Positions 60,233 through 64,000 of a DNA stretch of 64,000 nucleotides are shown piece after piece; the stretch's first letter is position 1; every line of letters starts with the position of its first letter. The position numbers were made by a program, and so were the translations under genes. The stretch is from an uncultured Chloroflexia bacterium (GTDB lineage Bacteria > Chloroflexota > Limnocylindria > QHBO01), in the NCBI GenBank assembly GCA_963827475.1, contig CAWHAZ010000005.1:736001-800000 (forward strand), read 5' to 3'. A model generated the notes under the pieces. It was not told where the DNA came from, did not search any database, and saw only the letters and a program-made list of their open reading frames with translations.

Positions 60233-62881
60233 ATGCCCCTCGAGACCTACCGGTCCAAGCGCGACTTCGGCAAGACGCCTGAGCCTGCGGGCGCCGTTCC
60301 GGTCGAGACCAGCGGCCGCTTCGTCGTCCAGCGGCATCGGGCTACCCGGCTGCACTACGACCTCCGGCTGGAGATGGACGGCGTGCTCGCCAGCTGGGCC
60401 GTGCCGCGCGGTCCGACCCTGGACCCGGACGAGCGCCGCCTCGCGATGAAGACCGAGGACCACCCGATCGAGTACCTCGAGTTCGAGGCGGTGATCCCAA
60501 AGGGCCAGTACGGCGCGGGGGACATGATCGTCTGGGACTGGGGCACGTTCGAGCCGGAGGAGACCGATGACCCGGCGGCCGCGGTGGCCGCCGGCGAGCT
60601 GAAGTTCCGCCTCCACGGCGAGCGGCTGCGCGGCCGCTTCACCCTGGTGAAGACCCGGGGCCGGACCGATGAGCGGGGACGGACCGAAGGCGGCGACCCG
60701 TGGCTCCTCATCCACAAGCGCGACGAGTACGCGGAGGACGGCTTCGACGCCGAAACCCAGCCGCGGAGCGTCATGACCGGCCGGACCAACGACGAGCTGG
60801 CCGCGGGGCGTGAGCCGCGATTCGAGGCGTCGCCGCCGGCGCCGGAAGGGCCGCTCGACCTGTCGGCCGCCCGGGAGGCGCCATTCCCCGAGTTCATCCC
60901 GCCCATGCTCGCCACGGCGGGGGAGCATCCGTACGAGGACGCGAACTGGCTCCACGAGGTGAAGTGGGACGGCTACCGGGTCCAGGCCGTCGTCCGTGGC
61001 GGGAAGGCCAGGCTGTGGACCCGGAACCGGGCCGACGGGGCGATGTACTTCCCGGAGCTCGCCGGGCCGCCAACCTGGATCGACGCCGCGGAGGCGGTGG
61101 TGGATGGCGAAGTCGTCGCCTTCGGGACCGATGGCCAGCCGAGCTTCTCCGCCCTCCAGGAGCGGACCGGGCTGATGGGCCTCGAATCCCGGACCGGACG
61201 ACGGCGCCCACGCACCAAATCTGACGGTGCGACGCCACCTGAGCGGAGCGCGCCGGCACCGATCATCTACCAGGCCTTCGACCTGCTGTACCTCGATGGG
61301 CGGTCGCTCTTCGACGTCCCCCTCGAGTCCCGCAAGCGGCTGCTCCACCGCGTGCTGCGGCCGCACCCGCTGGTCCGGTTCGCCACCCACGTCGCCGGCG
61401 AGGGATCCGCGTTCCTCGACGCCGCCCTGGCCGGCGGCCTGGAGGGCGTCGTCGCCAAGAGGCGGACAAGCCGTTACCGCCCGGGCGAGCGCTCAGCGGA
61501 CTGGGTGAAGATCAAGATCAAGGCGGAACAGGACGTGGCGGTCATCGGCTGGCTGCCGCGACAGGGGAGCACCGACGACCTCGGTTCGCTGATCGTGGCG
61601 GTGATGAGCCCCGACGGACTGGTGCACGCCGGCCAGGTGGGCAGCGGGCTTGGCGGGAAGGTCCGTCGTGAGCTGTTGAACGCGTTCGCGGACAGCGCCC
61701 GTTCGGACCCGCCGGTCGCGACCGCGCCTGCGCTCCCTGAAGCCCGGTGGGTCGAGCCACGGATCGTGGCCCGCGTGGAGTTCGCCGAGTGGACGCACGA
61801 CGACCTGCTGCGGCAACCGACGTTCCTCGGCGTCCAGGTCGATCGCGACGTGGACTCGACAGTCCGTCAAGATCCCCCCGTGCGCGCCCGCCGCTCGACC
61901 CCGAAGGCACCGCCTGCGTCGCCGGGAGCGGCGCCGGGCGCGAGCGACGAGGAGCAGGCGGCCCTCGACGCGCTGGAGAAGGAGGGCAGCTGGGAGATCG
62001 GTGGGCAGGTCGTCCGCCTCACCAACCTGGACAAGATCCTGTTCCCGGCCCGCGACGATGATCCCGGCCCCCTCACGAAACGTGACCTCGTCCGCTACTA
62101 CACCTCCGTCGGCGAGTTCCTCATCCCGCACCTCCGCCACCACGGCCTGACCCTCCAGCGCTTCCCCGACGGGGTCGAGCGCAAGGGCTTCTGGCAGAAA
62201 GACCTCCCGTCCCACACACCGCCATGGATCAGCCGCCGGGAGCTGACCGACAGCGAGGGCACAAAGCAATACGTCGTCGTCGACCGGGTGGCGACCCTTG
62301 CCTGGCTGTCCCAGGAAGCGGCCATCGAGCTCCATCCATGGACGGCGACGGTCGAGGCCCCGGACCAGCCGCGGTTCGCGCTCATCGACATCGACCCCGG
62401 CGAAGCCACGACGTGGGAGGAGGTCCTCGTACTTGCTCGCCTGTTCCGCGCCGCGCTCGATCATCTCGGGGTCATCGGACTGCCCAAGACCACGGGGAAG
62501 CGCGGCATCCAGGTGTGGGTCCCGATCGCCGACCACTATTCATTCGACCAGACCCGCGACTGGGTCGAGGGGCTGTCCCGGGCGGTGGGCCAGACGGTCC
62601 CCGACCTGGTCAGCTGGGCGTGGACCAAGCGCGACCGGCGTGGTCGGGCCCGTCTCGACTACACCCAGAACGCGCCGATCCGGACCCTCGTGGCGCCCTA
62701 CAGCGTGCGGCCGTCGCCCGGTGCGCCGGTGTCGGCGCCGATCACCTGGGACGAGCTCGAGGACCCCGAGCTCGGGCCCGAGCGGTGGACGATTCGCACC
62801 CTCCCGGCCCGCCTGGCGGAGGTCGGCGACCTCTTCGCTCCCGCCACGACGCTGCGCCAGGAGCTGCCGCCGCTCGGTTGA
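60233..62881 (+). CDS. ligD: NHEJ DNA ligase D (phosphoesterase-ligase-polymerase)
   Basis: PE 'YR.KRDF..TPEP...H.ATRLHYD.RLE'; ligase 'EVKWDGYR', 'EGVVAK'; Pol 'TN.DK', 'KT.GKRG', 'PYSVR'. Confidence 0.95.
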   Translation: MPLETYRSKRDFGKTPEPAGAVPVETSGRFVVQRHRATRLHYDLRLEMDGVLASWAVPRGPTLDPDERRLAMKTEDHPIEYLEFEAVIPKGQYGAGDMIVWDWGTFEPEETDDPAAAVAAGELKFRLHGERLRGRFTLVKTRGRTDERGRTEGGDPWLLIHKRDEYAEDGFDAETQPRSVMTGRTNDELAAGREPRFEASPPAPEGPLDLSAAREAPFPEFIPPMLATAGEHPYEDANWLHEVKWDGYRVQAVVRGGKARLWTRNRADGAMYFPELAGPPTWIDAAEAVVDGEVVAFGTDGQPSFSALQERTGLMGLESRTGRRRPRTKSDGATPPERSAPAPIIYQAFDLLYLDGRSLFDVPLESRKRLLHRVLRPHPLVRFATHVAGEGSAFLDAALAGGLEGVVAKRRTSRYRPGERSADWVKIKIKAEQDVAVIGWLPRQGSTDDLGSLIVAVMSPDGLVHAGQVGSGLGGKVRRELLNAFADSARSDPPVATAPALPEARWVEPRIVARVEFAEWTHDDLLRQPTFLGVQVDRDVDSTVRQDPPVRARRSTPKAPPASPGAAPGASDEEQAALDALEKEGSWEIGGQVVRLTNLDKILFPARDDDPGPLTKRDLVRYYTSVGEFLIPHLRHHGLTLQRFPDGVERKGFWQKDLPSHTPPWISRRELTDSEGTKQYVVVDRVATLAWLSQEAAIELHPWTATVEAPDQPRFALIDIDPGEATTWEEVLVLARLFRAALDHLGVIGLPKTTGKRGIQVWVPIADHYSFDQTRDWVEGLSRAVGQTVPDLVSWAWTKRDRRGRARLDYTQNAPIRTLVAPYSVRPSPGAPVSAPITWDELEDPELGPERWTIRTLPARLAEVGDLFAPATTLRQELPPLG

Positions 62882-62944
62882 GCACAAACGAAGGCGCCAC
62901 GGCCGATGTGATGACCGTGGCGCCTCCCCCCCGGGTGGATTAGA

Positions 62945-62974
62945 CCGTGCGTCCGATAATCGGACGCGGAACGG
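62945..62974 (-). terminator. GC-rich hairpin downstream of the micropeptide (also downstream of convergent ligD)
   Basis: GCGTCCGAT-A-ATCGGACGC perfect inverted repeat, extendable by CCGT/ACGG. Confidence 0.65.
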
Positions 62975-63013
62975 TTAACGGGGCCAACCACCCCCGGTAG
63001 TCGCGGAGCTCAT
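62975..63013 (-). CDS. Candidate 12-aa micropeptide MSSATTGGGWPR
   Basis: GGGAGAA-6nt-ATG RBS, TAA stop, hairpin immediately 3'; divergent from an HTH-TPR regulator. Confidence 0.5.
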   Translation of the reverse strand: MSSATTGGGWPR

Positions 63014-63209
63014 GTGGTCTTCTCCCGTCGGTTTGTGGCTCACCCAGACGAGTGAGTGCCACGCACCCAGACACTCGCAGGCAGAAGTCCGCCGCGACAA
63101 TGGCCCGGGGGTACCGTCCCGCTCCACTGGGGCCAGTACTTTCCTCCGCCGATTTCGGCGGTGGAACCGGTCAAGTAGGGCTTGCCCGACCGGTGTAGAC
63201 TCACGGCCA

Positions 63210-64000
63210 ATGCCGCGGACCCGGACCCCGGTAGATTCGACCGAGCAGGACGCCGCGCTCGAACTGGCGCGGCGTGTTGGTGAGCGGATCCGGGTTGCCC
63301 GCCGCCGCGCCGGACTGACCCAGACCCAGCTGGCCGGCGATCGGTACACCAAGGCCTACATCAGCGCCCTCGAAACCGGGATCACCCGCCCGTCGATGGT
63401 CGCCCTCAACTACGTCTCGGAGCGGCTCGGCCTGCCGGCCAGCCACTTCCTCGGCGATACGAACCCGACATGGACCCGGCTGGAAGTCGACATGCGGCTC
63501 GCCGCCGGCGACTGGGCCCGGGCCGCCGATGGCTACCGCACGTTATTGGGCGAGGCGCTCGGCGACGTGGCGCGGGCCGAGGTCCTGCGAGGCCTGGCCG
63601 AGGCGGAATCCCGACAGGACCACGGACGCGAGGCGATCGCCGCCGCCGCGGAGTCGGCCCGGCTGTTCGGCGCCCTGGGCCGCGCCGCGGACGAGGCGCT
63701 GGCCCGCTACTGGCTGGCATACGGCACCTACCTGACGGACAACGAGGCGGATGCACGGACCCAGCTCCAGGCGCTGCTCGGCCAGACCCGCGAGGGGCTC
63801 CGAGTGGAGCCGGAGTTCGAAATGCGCGTCCTCACCGCCCTCGCCGCGGTCGAGTCACGAGTGGGGGAGCACGCGCGGTCGCTGGCGTATCTCGAGGAGG
63901 CGCGGGGACTGGCTGACGACCTCGACGACCGGCGGCGCGCGACATTCCTGTTCAACCTGGCCATCAGCTACCGCGAGACAGGGGACGTGGAGGCGGCCAT
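63210..64000 (+). CDS. XRE-HTH + TPR transcriptional regulator (RRNPP-like architecture); runs off window
   Basis: 'GERIR.AR..AGLTQ.QLA...YTKAYISALETG..RPS' followed by TPR-like helices; TAGACT 8 nt before ATG; absent from the ORF track because no stop lies in the window. Confidence 0.9.
   Translation, partial: MPRTRTPVDSTEQDAALELARRVGERIRVARRRAGLTQTQLAGDRYTKAYISALETGITRPSMVALNYVSERLGLPASHFLGDTNPTWTRLEVDMRLAAGDWARAADGYRTLLGEALGDVARAEVLRGLAEAESRQDHGREAIAAAAESARLFGALGRAADEALARYWLAYGTYLTDNEADARTQLQALLGQTREGLRVEPEFEMRVLTALAAVESRVGEHARSLAYLEEARGLADDLDDRRRATFLFNLAISYRETGDVEAA

Overview
High-GC bacterial chromosomal segment. Gene content and style (tandem ECF sigma/anti-sigma pairs, DUF881 pair, widespread leaderless genes) suggest Chloroflexota, possibly Limnocylindria/Ellin6529; this is inference. 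Most of the window is housekeeping or metabolic: der, gpsA, a KdpDE-like pair with an APC transporter, moeA-moaC-mog, FadF/ACAD/ETF, nrdR-dcd, a copper/cupredoxin/CcdA cluster, TldDE, typA, pdxH, ligD, and three tRNAs (Pro-GGG, Arg-CCT, Val-GAC). About 15 genes, including core ones, are broken by single indels, most likely sequencing or assembly error. Two features stand out. (1) An integrase-less accessory island at tRNA-Pro (10.9-17.0 kb) is bounded by two duplicated tRNA 3' ends. Inside it, single unrelated genes alternate with five same-orientation copies of a ~48-bp repeat (a cassette-array-like layout), followed by three tandem paralogous small zinc-finger genes. (2) At the right edge, an HTH-XRE+TPR (RRNPP-like) regulator is transcribed divergently from a 12-aa micropeptide ORF (MSSATTGGGWPR) that has its own RBS and downstream hairpin, a candidate peptide-signalling module.
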